Source of the DNA: a virus
Taxonomy: Duplodnaviria > Caudoviricetes
Strand: one strand, 5' to 3'
DNA length: 44,404 nucleotides
Virus record (IMG/VR): IMGVR_UViG_3300042502_000072
Coordinates: 1-44,404 of that record
Below are positions 36,408 to 44,362 of this stretch, piece after piece; position 1 is the first letter of the stretch; every line of letters begins with the position of its first letter. The translations under genes and the position numbers were made by a program. The notes below the pieces were generated by a model, which was not told the origin of the DNA, did no database searches, and worked only from the letters and a program-made list of their open reading frames with translations.

Positions 36408-36423
36408 TAATCCCGTGGGATTA
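36408..36423. repeat. Palindrome TAATCCCGTGGGATTA
   Basis: Intergenic, upstream of the vWA gene. Confidence 0.95.
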
Positions 36424-36425
36424 GG

Positions 36426-36704
36426 TCAATTATATTCCAATGCAAACAAAGACTCAACAAACACCCGAGCAGTAGTCAAATCCTCAAACTCTTGCACATC
36501 ATCAAACGTGTTGCGTGTCACAACCCAACCACGATCAGCGTCAAGTAGACCAGATATATTGTAGGCAGGGCGAACGAACGCAAACGCATGCTTGACGTGC
36601 ATCTGCTTGAGTGAGCTAGCCTTCGAACGTTTCTCAACGTAGGCAGTCCAAGCACCCACAGGTGTGTTCTGCCATCGAAGCTCTGGTCGTTTGTCAACCA
36701 TCAT
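36426..36704 (-). CDS. Hypothetical protein between AAA and vWA genes
   Basis: ATGA coupling to the AAA gene. Confidence 0.65.
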   Translation of the reverse strand: MMVDKRPELRWQNTPVGAWTAYVEKRSKASSLKQMHVKHAFAFVRPAYNISGLLDADRGWVVTRNTFDDVQEFEDLTTARVFVESLFALEYN

Positions 36705-37708
36705 TTCATCGCAAACGCGGCTTGATTAGCGATAGCCCACTGAGTAAACGCTGAACTCTTAGTGATCGTGCGGTCACGTTTGTGTGCAAGTTTAATCGTG
36801 AGTGTCTGTACATCACCGGGCATCTTAGACAAGAACTTCCAAGCCTTGTCGAAGTTGTTAGCGTCAAGGCGCGTAGCCAATCCCATTGCGACGCAATAGC
36901 GTACGTTGAGTTCCTTGGGCACAGGCACGTCCTTGCCTTGCAGGATGTCCTCGATACGTGGCATCGACTCCCATACACGCAGGTGTGTCTCGAAGATCAT
37001 GGCCGCCTCTTCACCAACATCACCCTTGATAAGCTCGACGCGATCCTGCACGGGTAAGTCAAGCTCCAGTGTGTGCGACACGGCGAACCACGAGCGAGGT
37101 GATGGGAAGGGACGAATGTCACCAGTGGGCTCGAACTTGTGCAACAAGTCAGGGCGATCTTGCAACAAGGCCAGAATCTCTGGGCGAATGCCACGTGTGA
37201 TGGCGTGTGCTGTGAAGTCGTCGATCGTCGTGTTGACGTCGATGTCGCACATGCGGTTCTGTAGTGGTGCGGCTAGGTTGTACGTCACGCCTCGGTCGGT
37301 CTTGCGATTACCTGCGGCGATGACCATCCACTCTGCGGGGATGCCAAAGTCCTCGGGCGTCAGGCACAACTGGTATGCGGCCGCCTGCACTGAGGGCGGT
37401 GCTGATGTGATCTCGTCGAGGAACAGAATGCCCGCGCCATCTGCGGGCAGAAAGTCAGGGCGTGCCCAGTGTGTGCGGCCATCGACAACGTGCGGGATAC
37501 CGCGAAGGTCAGTGGGCTCCATCTGTGCAAGACGTAGGTCAACTACACCCTGCCAGTTGGATACATGTTCAGACAATAGCTTGCTTGTCTGGAACACAAC
37601 CTCGGACTTGCCGATGCCCGATGGGCCACGCAAGAAAGTTGTACGGGCTCGTGTGTTGTCGTTGAGGTAACGCTTAACGAGGATGGGGGTAACGTGTGCA
37701 ATACGCAT
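36701..37708 (-). CDS. MoxR/dynein-related AAA+ ATPase
   Basis: Walker A 'GPSGIGKS', Walker B 'ILFLDE', 'AAGN', arginine finger 'LQNRM', 'PSPRSW'. Confidence 0.92.
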   Translation of the reverse strand: MRIAHVTPILVKRYLNDNTRARTTFLRGPSGIGKSEVVFQTSKLLSEHVSNWQGVVDLRLAQMEPTDLRGIPHVVDGRTHWARPDFLPADGAGILFLDEITSAPPSVQAAAYQLCLTPEDFGIPAEWMVIAAGNRKTDRGVTYNLAAPLQNRMCDIDVNTTIDDFTAHAITRGIRPEILALLQDRPDLLHKFEPTGDIRPFPSPRSWFAVSHTLELDLPVQDRVELIKGDVGEEAAMIFETHLRVWESMPRIEDILQGKDVPVPKELNVRYCVAMGLATRLDANNFDKAWKFLSKMPGDVQTLTIKLAHKRDRTITKSSAFTQWAIANQAAFAMK

Positions 37709-37736
37709 GATGATTTCCTTTAAGTAAACAAGTTTT

Positions 37737-37752
37737 TAATCCCACGGGATTA
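37737..37752. repeat. Palindrome TAATCCCACGGGATTA
   Basis: Intergenic, upstream of the AAA gene. Confidence 0.95.
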
Positions 37753-37800
37753 AGGCTCCCGTGTGTGCCTATCTTACTAGGGTTCTGAGTTGAGTGCAAA

Positions 37801-38682
37801 TCAGAACTCGAGCATCTCGTCGATGGACGCAAGCAGTGCAGTTGTCTGCACGTTAACCGCCTTACGTTTCTCGGGGTCGTCGCGCAACTGTTGTGGATGC
37901 GGCGTCGTGTCGATGACTGTCTTTGCCAGTGCAAGGATGTTGTCTGGAAGAATGTCAGCGAAGTCATGCAACAAGTTTATCTCCTCGGCAATGTTCTCAC
38001 ACACCGAGTCGCGGAAGATGGGCGATCGAATCTCACCGATACCCGTTCTCTTGTTGATGATCTCACGCTCACCCTTGCCGGTCACATCATGTAAGCGAGC
38101 GACCACTTGCTTGAGACGTTCCAGCGGTGCACGCATGATCGCGTTCATCGATTCCTTTGTCGCCTCTTCAACTTGCTGACGCAAGGTGCTGAGCTCTTCC
38201 TCTTGCATGGATACGCGGAAGTCACCCATGTCAGTGACGGGGCGGTAGTTGATGCGGAAGCGAAACGATCTGCGTAGGTCAGTCAAGTCAGGGTATGCGT
38301 TGGGATCGAACAACCCGCCCTGACTATTTTGTGCAAGCATCATGACGTTGCTCCAGTTGTTGAGGAACGCAGTCACCGCCTGATCGAACTCGAGATCGAA
38401 CTTGGCCATGCGGTCAGCGAACTGCATGAAACGTGAAGAGGGCAACAAGTCCTCACCTCTGTGCCACGGGTATGTGGTGCTGTCAATGTAGGCACGGGCT
38501 TGCGTCTCCACTGCAACGATCGGTTGGACAAGTGACTTGGGATACAAGTCCTTGCGATACTGCCCTGCACCATGGGCGTTGTTGGCAGACTCGGCATCGG
38601 CCGTAGCCTTGCCATCCTTCTGTGTCATCTGTGGTTTGTTGACAGTGAGGGAAACTAACAGTGCGTGATCTTTAATAGACAT
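37801..38682 (-). CDS. Conserved helical protein (DUF3150-like), partner of the AAA/vWA genes
   Basis: 'ALLVSL...T.PW....LLP...F...YP......F' pattern; GGAG SD. Confidence 0.6.
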   Translation of the reverse strand: MSIKDHALLVSLTVNKPQMTQKDGKATADAESANNAHGAGQYRKDLYPKSLVQPIVAVETQARAYIDSTTYPWHRGEDLLPSSRFMQFADRMAKFDLEFDQAVTAFLNNWSNVMMLAQNSQGGLFDPNAYPDLTDLRRSFRFRINYRPVTDMGDFRVSMQEEELSTLRQQVEEATKESMNAIMRAPLERLKQVVARLHDVTGKGEREIINKRTGIGEIRSPIFRDSVCENIAEEINLLHDFADILPDNILALAKTVIDTTPHPQQLRDDPEKRKAVNVQTTALLASIDEMLEF

Positions 38683-38703
38683 AATGTTCTCCAGTTAATA
38701 AGT

Positions 38704-38719
38704 TAATCCCGTGGGATTA
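38704..38719. repeat. Palindrome TAATCCCGTGGGATTA
   Basis: Overlaps the TAA stop of ORF 38717. Confidence 0.95.
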
Positions 38720-39088
38720 GAGGGCGTCACGAATGACGGTGCGGACAGCTTCTTCGAAGTCACCGCCTGAGAAGTTGGGCTCGTAGTTCTCGAGCTTCTG
38801 GTCAACAACGTCGTCGATCTTGGACTCGAAGTCGAAGTCGTTCATTGCGTCCTCAACCTTACTAGTGACCTGATCGTCAATGTAGACAACCGACGCCTCG
38901 CGCACGGCTTCCTGTGTCTGGTCATCGTCATTGAGTAGCTCAAGGAGCGATGCTTTTAGTGTGTCTGCGTCAAGCGCAAGCACGGCCTGAGTCTCAGCTT
39001 TCATTTTGCTGATAACTGCGTCTGCAACGTCCGACACAAGTTTGTCGTACACGCCGCCGAAAATAGATAACAGTTGTGATTGATCCAT
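38717..39088 (-). CDS. Highly acidic early protein
   Basis: GGAG SD before ATG 39088; D/E-rich. Confidence 0.7.
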   Translation of the reverse strand: MDQSQLLSIFGGVYDKLVSDVADAVISKMKAETQAVLALDADTLKASLLELLNDDDQTQEAVREASVVYIDDQVTSKVEDAMNDFDFESKIDDVVDQKLENYEPNFSGGDFEEAVRTVIRDAL

Positions 39089-39136
39089 GATGATCTCCAT
39101 AAGTAAACAAGTTAATAAGAACTTACGTGAGTAAGT

Positions 39137-39152
39137 TAATCCCACGGGATTA
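39137..39152. repeat. Palindrome TAATCCCACGGGATTA
   Basis: In the leader downstream of the 39197-39225 promoter. Confidence 0.95.
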
Positions 39153-39196
39153 CGGAAAGAACTAAGGGTGTGGGCGATCCCCTAGTCCATGTCATT

Positions 39197-39225
39197 ATTG
39201 TAACAGGTTATTGCCCCGTTGTCAA
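39197..39225 (-). promoter_or_regulatory. Strong sigma70 early promoter
   Basis: TTGACA-17 nt-TACAAT with extended -10 TG on the - strand. Confidence 0.85.
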
Positions 39226-39464
39226 GCTAAGGGCGACCCGCGCAATTTGCTTCGTGATAGTTTGTCTTGATGCTCAGCGTACAAATCTTCGTCAGCGTAT
39301 ACGTGCCACGGGATTGCTCCAGTGTCTTTGGCGTGCTCGAGGATTTCCTTGAGTTGTTTATAGCTCCAACTGGCCACGTGTTTCGGCATGTCCTTAGCTT
39401 CAACAATCAAAGCCAATTCTGCACGCATAAGTACCATGCGATCTTTGTCAGTCATACGTTTCAT
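39222..39464 (-). CDS. Hypothetical protein
   Basis: GGAG SD; ATGA coupling. Confidence 0.6.
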   Translation of the reverse strand: MKRMTDKDRMVLMRAELALIVEAKDMPKHVASWSYKQLKEILEHAKDTGAIPWHVYADEDLYAEHQDKLSRSKLRGSPLA

Positions 39465-40063
39465 AGTGCTAACTCCAGTTGTCCGGGATGCAACGACGCG
39501 CGTCTATCCCATTCCAGTTCTTTGATGGCCTGATTGATCGTGTCAATCTTGTCTTCTTCCAAGTCAGTGTCAAGCGCAAGGCCGCTCTCGTATCCGCCTA
39601 CGTTGTACTGGCAGGAAAAGTCAGGCACGTCGTTAACCATGAGCGTTACCTCAAGATGAACCCAATGCCAGTCGTTATCGTACCAACCCTTCAGATACTT
39701 GTAGTCCTGCTCCACTGCACGAAGTCGATCCTCGGGCGTCTTCTGCCCCCACTCCCTGCGTGCAACTTCTAGCGATGAGAAGAAGTCGTAGTACAACCTA
39801 CGCACAGTTCTACCTGTGTTTGTAAACAGTGGTTTCAGCATGCGAAGGCGCGTCTCTTCCTCAAGATCAGGTTCTTCATCAACGATGTGCTGCTCCATCT
39901 GCTCAGAGTTCAGCGGGTTCCAATCCATCTCGACAACAACCCCGTGATTGTCTGACCACTCGAGCGGAGAGCCTGAGTCATAGTCCGGTAGCCAACGCAC
40001 GCGGTACACCTTGCCGCACTTGTGCGTGAACATTTCCTCATGTGTTATATCGTCGTAGCTCAT
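39461..40063 (-). CDS. Acidic hypothetical early protein
   Basis: AAGGGG SD; 'YLKGWYDNDWHWV' motif. Confidence 0.7.
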   Translation of the reverse strand: MSYDDITHEEMFTHKCGKVYRVRWLPDYDSGSPLEWSDNHGVVVEMDWNPLNSEQMEQHIVDEEPDLEEETRLRMLKPLFTNTGRTVRRLYYDFFSSLEVARREWGQKTPEDRLRAVEQDYKYLKGWYDNDWHWVHLEVTLMVNDVPDFSCQYNVGGYESGLALDTDLEEDKIDTINQAIKELEWDRRASLHPGQLELAL

Positions 40064-40072
40064 GATTGCCCC

Positions 40073-40471
40073 TTAAACAAATTCAGATCGGCGAAAAAAC
40101 TCGATGTATTGGTCTGCGTATACGTATTTAGTTGAGTCGCTCTGACTGGTCTTTGTCTCCACGTCGTCGTTCTCCTCACCAATGCGTGTGAACGCGTATC
40201 CTCCTTCGTACCCTTCGACGACAATATCCATAAGTTTTTCCTGTAGGGTAACCCATGGTAATGACTCATACCACTTCACGTCCTCGTAATGCACGCGTAT
40301 TTGGTACGGATAGTCCACATCGTGTTCGTCGTAGTGAAAGTCAAAGTCGTCTATCACCTCGGGGCCGTGCTCTACATCAGAAGCAATTAGCTTAGCCTCC
40401 ATGTGAAATGCGTTGCGGTGATCCTGTGTCTTAAACAATAAGACATACTTTACGTCTGATCGGTATCCCAT
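40073..40471 (-). CDS. Conserved early protein ('MGYRSDV...VKWYE...FTRIGEENDD')
   Basis: AAGGA SD; recurrent phage motif. Confidence 0.75.
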   Translation of the reverse strand: MGYRSDVKYVLLFKTQDHRNAFHMEAKLIASDVEHGPEVIDDFDFHYDEHDVDYPYQIRVHYEDVKWYESLPWVTLQEKLMDIVVEGYEGGYAFTRIGEENDDVETKTSQSDSTKYVYADQYIEFFRRSEFV

Positions 40472-40485
40472 AATAGTTCCTTTCT

Positions 40486-40501
40486 TAATCCCGTGGGATT
40501 A
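40486..40501. repeat. Palindrome TAATCCCGTGGGATTA
   Basis: Overlaps the TAA stop of ORF 40499. Confidence 0.95.
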
Positions 40502-40783
40502 GACTACTCTGATAAAAAACAAGATGACTTTCTGCGTCGTGCCGTAGTGGCCGGTGATGTCGTCGTACGCAAACTCCTCACGAGAATCCTCAACCACAGA
40601 CATGTGGGTATACACCCACAAGTTGTCGTCAGCGTCTCGCCACTGGTCAGTGCTCGAGTCGAACCATTCATCCACAAGGGCATGCTCTTCGTCGTCAAGC
40701 CCTGTCGAGTCGGCATTGATAAGGTACGGCAAAGCAAACTCACCGATACTGTATTCAAAGGTTTCATGTATGGTAAAAGTCAT
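40499..40783 (-). CDS. Acidic hypothetical protein ('ALPYLINADSTGLDDEE')
   Basis: GGAG SD; D/E-rich. Confidence 0.7.
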   Translation of the reverse strand: MTFTIHETFEYSIGEFALPYLINADSTGLDDEEHALVDEWFDSSTDQWRDADDNLWVYTHMSVVEDSREEFAYDDITGHYGTTQKVILFFIRVV

Positions 40784-40872
40784 TACGGTCTCCAGTAAAA
40801 CAAGTCAAGTAAAACAACAATCAGCCCTGCGAGTAGAACTACTCGCTCCAGTTTTTCCCATTTAGTCAGCAT
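40783..40872 (-). CDS. 29-aa single-TM peptide (not in ORF track)
   Basis: GGAGG SD; MLTKWEKLERVVLLAGLIVVLLDLFYWRP; TAATG coupling. Confidence 0.65.
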   Translation of the reverse strand: MLTKWEKLERVVLLAGLIVVLLDLFYWRP

Positions 40873-40874
40873 GG

Positions 40875-41075
40875 TTATTCCTCCATCAAGAATATGCCCT
40901 TGTGCACACAAGCGGTGAACAAGTTGTCGTCCGAGTAATTCCTAAACCCTGTGAACCCGTTCAGTTGGAGGTGTCGGTACACTTCCTTCTGTTCCTCAAT
41001 AGTTCTGTCAAAGAACCAATCAAGCTCGTACTCTGCACAAGCGTGCACCATTTGTGTTTTAGTAATTGCGTTCAT
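40875..41075 (-). CDS. Hypothetical protein
   Basis: GAGG SD; ATGA coupling. Confidence 0.6.
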   Translation of the reverse strand: MNAITKTQMVHACAEYELDWFFDRTIEEQKEVYRHLQLNGFTGFRNYSDDNLFTACVHKGIFLMEE

Positions 41076-41230
41076 TTGTCAGCCTCAATTCTTTTTATCA
41101 AGTCTCGTGCATGCTGAATGTCATAGAGCACGTCGTTAAGCCATGATCCATCCTCGATGTAGTTGTGAGCGGATTGCATGAGGTTGTTCAGTGCCTCACC
41201 CAACAGTTCTGCTTTTTTGCGATCAGTCAT
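41072..41230 (-). CDS. 52-aa hypothetical protein (not in ORF track)
   Basis: GGAG SD; MTDRKKAELLGEAL...; ATGA overlaps at both ends. Confidence 0.6.
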   Translation of the reverse strand: MTDRKKAELLGEALNNLMQSAHNYIEDGSWLNDVLYDIQHARDLIKRIEADK

Positions 41231-41586
41231 TTAATGTTCTCCCTGATATATTCATTAGCTTCGCGCTTGGTGTCAAACGCTAGGCACTCACCATGCTCAT
41301 CGATCCACTCAGCCGAGAAGGTCTTGCCGTAGATCGCCCATATGTCACCGGACTTAACCGGTTCCCAGTCGTTGGGGTCAAAGCCCCCGTCCTTGCGTAT
41401 CTCATGCACTAGCTTGAAACACGTATCCCAGTCTGCACCCGTGATCTCTTCCAGTTCTGCAGGGTGGTGATCCTCGAGCAAGTCGATGATTAAGTTTTTG
41501 AGTCTGCCCATTTCTTTGTCCTCGTATGCTTTGATTTCCCACATCTTGTCGATGCGGGCGTATGCGTCGTCGTTAAGTCTGCTCAT
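41227..41586 (-). CDS. Hypothetical protein
   Basis: GGAGG SD before ATG 41586. Confidence 0.65.
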   Translation of the reverse strand: MSRLNDDAYARIDKMWEIKAYEDKEMGRLKNLIIDLLEDHHPAELEEITGADWDTCFKLVHEIRKDGGFDPNDWEPVKSGDIWAIYGKTFSAEWIDEHGECLAFDTKREANEYIRENIK

Positions 41587-42005
41587 TTCCGAACCTCCGT
41601 CGCGAACTGCATTGCGAAATACCAAACCTCTTTAGCGTCCATGATGGACGTGTAATACTCACCCATCGAGTCGTAGAACTCACGGCTAGACCGGTACTCA
41701 GAGTCAGTGGCCATAAATCGCACAACCTCTGAACGCGGGGCTACCGCTACCGCCCTGCAATATGCGTCGACAAACGCAACTTCCTCCAGTGTCAAGTTGC
41801 GCAGGTGGTACGGCAATTCCTTGACGGCAATCACAGACTGATTCCAGTGCGAGTCTGAGCCCTCATCGCCAAATTCCAAGGGGCTCATGATGTCACCTCC
41901 CATTGTTTTAGCCTCCTCAATACTGGATGCTTCCACAGTGTGTAGTTTGGTCACAACCGAATAGATTGTGAGTTGATAGCTTTTAAGTTGTTTCTCTTGT
42001 GTCAT
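41583..42005 (-). CDS. Hypothetical protein
   Basis: AAGGA SD; 'VEASSIEEA' motif. Confidence 0.7.
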   Translation of the reverse strand: MTQEKQLKSYQLTIYSVVTKLHTVEASSIEEAKTMGGDIMSPLEFGDEGSDSHWNQSVIAVKELPYHLRNLTLEEVAFVDAYCRAVAVAPRSEVVRFMATDSEYRSSREFYDSMGEYYTSIMDAKEVWYFAMQFATEVRK

Positions 42006-42016
42006 GATGTTTCCTT

Positions 42017-42032
42017 TAATCCCGCGGGATTA
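42017..42032. repeat. Perfect palindrome TAATCCCGCGGGATTA
   Basis: Overlaps the TAA stop of ORF 42030. Confidence 0.95.
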
Positions 42033-42794
42033 GTTGTTGGTGTGAAGGGCAATGAAACCGGCCGTTGCTACGCGCATTTGCTTGACGGGGTACTCGGACA
42101 CGACAAAGATGAAGTCAAGCACGTTGCGGCATGCGTCTAAGAACTCAGGGTTGTCGTGTGATGCGGCAATAACTGAACTGGGGTGAATGTCCTGCGACAC
42201 GTTGCGAATGCACGTCTCAAGGTGAACCCGAGCATGGTCTAAAAGCGCAAACCTTGTGCCATCATGCAACCGTGGGCGAGTCGCGGCCGCCTCAAGATTT
42301 GTCATAGCTTCGGCATAGTTCACGCCATACTGACAAGCCTCGGCACGATGTGGTTTGGTCAACCCGCTGAAACCCTTGTCGTCATTCCACTTGCAACGTG
42401 TGCGGTAATTCTGCTCAAAACACCCAGTGCGGTAAACCTTCTTGACGGCAACTTCATAGGGCACGCCTGCATCCTTTTGTTGCTCCAGAAAAGCATTGAA
42501 GTACAGTGACTTGTGACGTCTGGTCGTTGGTGAGAACCCGTTGACGTGCATCCATAGTTCAAGATTGTTGGTGTGACTGTTGTGTACTAACTGTACAACT
42601 TCTGTTGTGTATGAATAGCCGATGGCTAACACGTCAAAGTGCCCGTCTGAATCCATGTTGAGCCCGTTGGACTGAGAAATGCTCGGGTTGCGTGCAGACA
42701 TATTAGAGCCTACACCCAGTGAGCGCATTTCAGTGCCGACGAGTTTTTTAGCCGCAGACGCAAAGCGTGCGGCAACATGTGCATTAGTTGTCAT
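42030..42794 (-). CDS. First gene of the major early operon, hypothetical
   Basis: GGAG SD; 'YSYTT...FSPTTRRH' motif. Confidence 0.75.
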   Translation of the reverse strand: MTTNAHVAARFASAAKKLVGTEMRSLGVGSNMSARNPSISQSNGLNMDSDGHFDVLAIGYSYTTEVVQLVHNSHTNNLELWMHVNGFSPTTRRHKSLYFNAFLEQQKDAGVPYEVAVKKVYRTGCFEQNYRTRCKWNDDKGFSGLTKPHRAEACQYGVNYAEAMTNLEAAATRPRLHDGTRFALLDHARVHLETCIRNVSQDIHPSSVIAASHDNPEFLDACRNVLDFIFVVSEYPVKQMRVATAGFIALHTNN

Positions 42795-42830
42795 GATGAT
42801 CTCCAGTGATACGTAAATAAGTGAGGGAGT

Positions 42831-42846
42831 TAATCCCGCGGGATTA
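42831..42846. repeat. Perfect palindrome TAATCCCGCGGGATTA
   Basis: In the leader downstream of the 42901-42929 promoter. Confidence 0.95.
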
Positions 42847-42900
42847 GCACAGGACGTTTATCGCATCGGTTTGCTTGGGGCTTCTCGACTTGATGGGTAC

Positions 42901-42929
42901 ATTGTACCACGTCAATGTGTTGTTGTCAA
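42901..42929 (-). promoter_or_regulatory. Strong sigma70 early promoter
   Basis: TTGACA-17 nt-TACAAT with extended -10 TG on the - strand. Confidence 0.85.
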
Positions 42930-42939
42930 CTTAAGGGGT

Positions 42940-43350
42940 AGATAAATTAGTCCCATACAACAACACATTTGGATGTTAAATAATCGAGAAAGTTGTGTGG
43001 ATGATTTGTAGATTCTGGCAATTAGTCAGCTTAATAGTTGGATTAGTTTGGAAATTAGTCAGACTAAAAATTGTAAGTCATTGATTTTGCTCACTTTAGT
43101 CAATTAGTTGGGTTTTCAGGCTAGAGAGTAAATAGTTGGGGGGGTTGGAGGTGCTACGGATCGAAACACTTGAACAGGCTACAGGAATTTACCTTTTGCT
43201 CTCTAATACTACTAACTATTAACTAATCAACTAATTTATATATATATATGCCAGTCCCCAGTGCCCGCTACCCGAAAAAAGCCTTTAAAATCAACAACTT
43301 AGCTCATCCATACATCATACGTACAATTCATCGAGCAAATTAGTTTAGAT
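42940..43350. other. AT-rich non-coding region with short iterated repeats and two IHF boxes; candidate replication origin or packaging/end region
   Basis: Repeated A(A/T)TAGT words in both orientations, a TA run near 43237-43249, WATCAANNNNTTR matches at 43074-43086(-) and 43289-43301(+). Confidence 0.5.
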
Positions 43351-43438
43351 TTGTAAGTTTCGTGTAATCTAAAAAAGCGTTCACTTACGTCGCAACCCGC
43401 ATGGTTAAAGGAAAGTTGTCAATCTACAACACTCTAAG

Positions 43439-43454
43439 TAATCCCACGGGATTA
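43439..43454. repeat. Palindrome TAATCCCACGGGATTA
   Basis: In the non-coding region. Confidence 0.95.
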
Positions 43455-43577
43455 AATTCGTCATTCATACGACATGCGTACCGCGTACATCGTCGCATAC
43501 TGGGCCGCGCGTGATAGTAGTTTGGTGTGGGGCTTGTTGTGATAGTAGATGATAGTTTTGGATAAAAAATTTTGACG

Positions 43578-43602
43578 AAAAAAAGCCCCCTTGCGGGGGC
43601 TT
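43578..43602 (-). terminator. Rho-independent terminator of ORF 43623-44264
   Basis: AAGCCCCC-GCAA-GGGGGC followed by a T7 run on the - strand. Confidence 0.9.
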
Positions 43603-43622
43603 GGCCGGTTTACCGGTTGGGC

Positions 43623-44264
43623 TTAGGTGGCGGAGCCCTTGACTACTTTACCCTTGGCCGCTTTGTTGACGCTATAACCTAGGGTTATCATGTGCGCCAC
43701 AATGCGCGGGTGAAATACCGCATCTTTGAAATAAACGTCCATATCATCTAACCATGCGGAAAATTTGTCGGTTTCCGTTTTGACCATATCAGGCGCGGGC
43801 GCGGCCGTTGGTGTTTTGGCCACTGTGGTTTTGCGGCCGCCTCCGGTTTTGCGGCCGATCCCGTGCACCTCGCGAACTTGCTTGGCCGCGTCTCGCATTG
43901 CATGCTTGGGCATGTTGACCGCCTCCGCCGCCGTTGACGGCGTGTCCACTTTTTTCCCGTCTTTGCCAATGGTGTTCACCATAACGGGGCACTGGGCGGC
44001 CGCGTGCAAAGTGAGCGCGTCAACGAATAGGGCTTTGACGTTATGACCGGCCGCGGTAAAGTCGGCCGCGTAAAGTGACACTACACCCGCGATCCGGTCA
44101 CCCATGGGCTTGGCCGCGTCAAGTTGACCGGCCGCTTTTTGGGCGGCTTCTTTGCACTTGGTCAACATGCTTTGAGCGGCTTGTCCGGCTTCGTTGATCA
44201 ACGTGCCAATGGCCGCGTCGCGTGTTGCCACTGTAACAGTGGCGGCTTTGATTGCTTTGCTCAT
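43623..44264 (-). CDS. Monocistronic Ala/Lys-rich early protein of unknown function
   Basis: AAGGAG SD, own promoter and terminator; 'GIGRKTGGGRK' basic patch. Confidence 0.8.
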   Translation of the reverse strand: MSKAIKAATVTVATRDAAIGTLINEAGQAAQSMLTKCKEAAQKAAGQLDAAKPMGDRIAGVVSLYAADFTAAGHNVKALFVDALTLHAAAQCPVMVNTIGKDGKKVDTPSTAAEAVNMPKHAMRDAAKQVREVHGIGRKTGGGRKTTVAKTPTAAPAPDMVKTETDKFSAWLDDMDVYFKDAVFHPRIVAHMITLGYSVNKAAKGKVVKGSAT

Positions 44265-44331
44265 GTGAGCTCCTTAGTAAACAAGTAACCTAGAAACCCC
44301 TAGGCGGGCATGCCTCACTTGGCATACGTCA

Positions 44332-44361
44332 AGTATACCACAACTTGCTCATAAGGCGCAA
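44332..44361 (-). promoter_or_regulatory. Sigma70-like promoter with extended -10
   Basis: TTGCGC-18 nt-TATACT with TG at the extended position. Confidence 0.6.
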
Positions 44362-44362
44362 C

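Noticed and set aside
36906-37670. 254-aa + strand ORF (likewise 29959-30513 and 15813-16295)
   Set aside because: Antisense shadows of well-supported genes, with no SD or recognisable motifs
39306-39315. CCACGGGATT half-site
   Set aside because: Left arm is missing and it lies in coding sequence; may be chance
40794-40820. AGTAAAACAAGT repeats resembling the pre-RBS motif
   Set aside because: They lie within the 29-aa TM peptide (VVLLDLFYW) and carry an extra base, so they were not counted, although one does precede a GGAG
43394-43422. TTGACA on the - strand at 43417-43422
   Set aside because: No credible -10 box at 16-18 nt spacing
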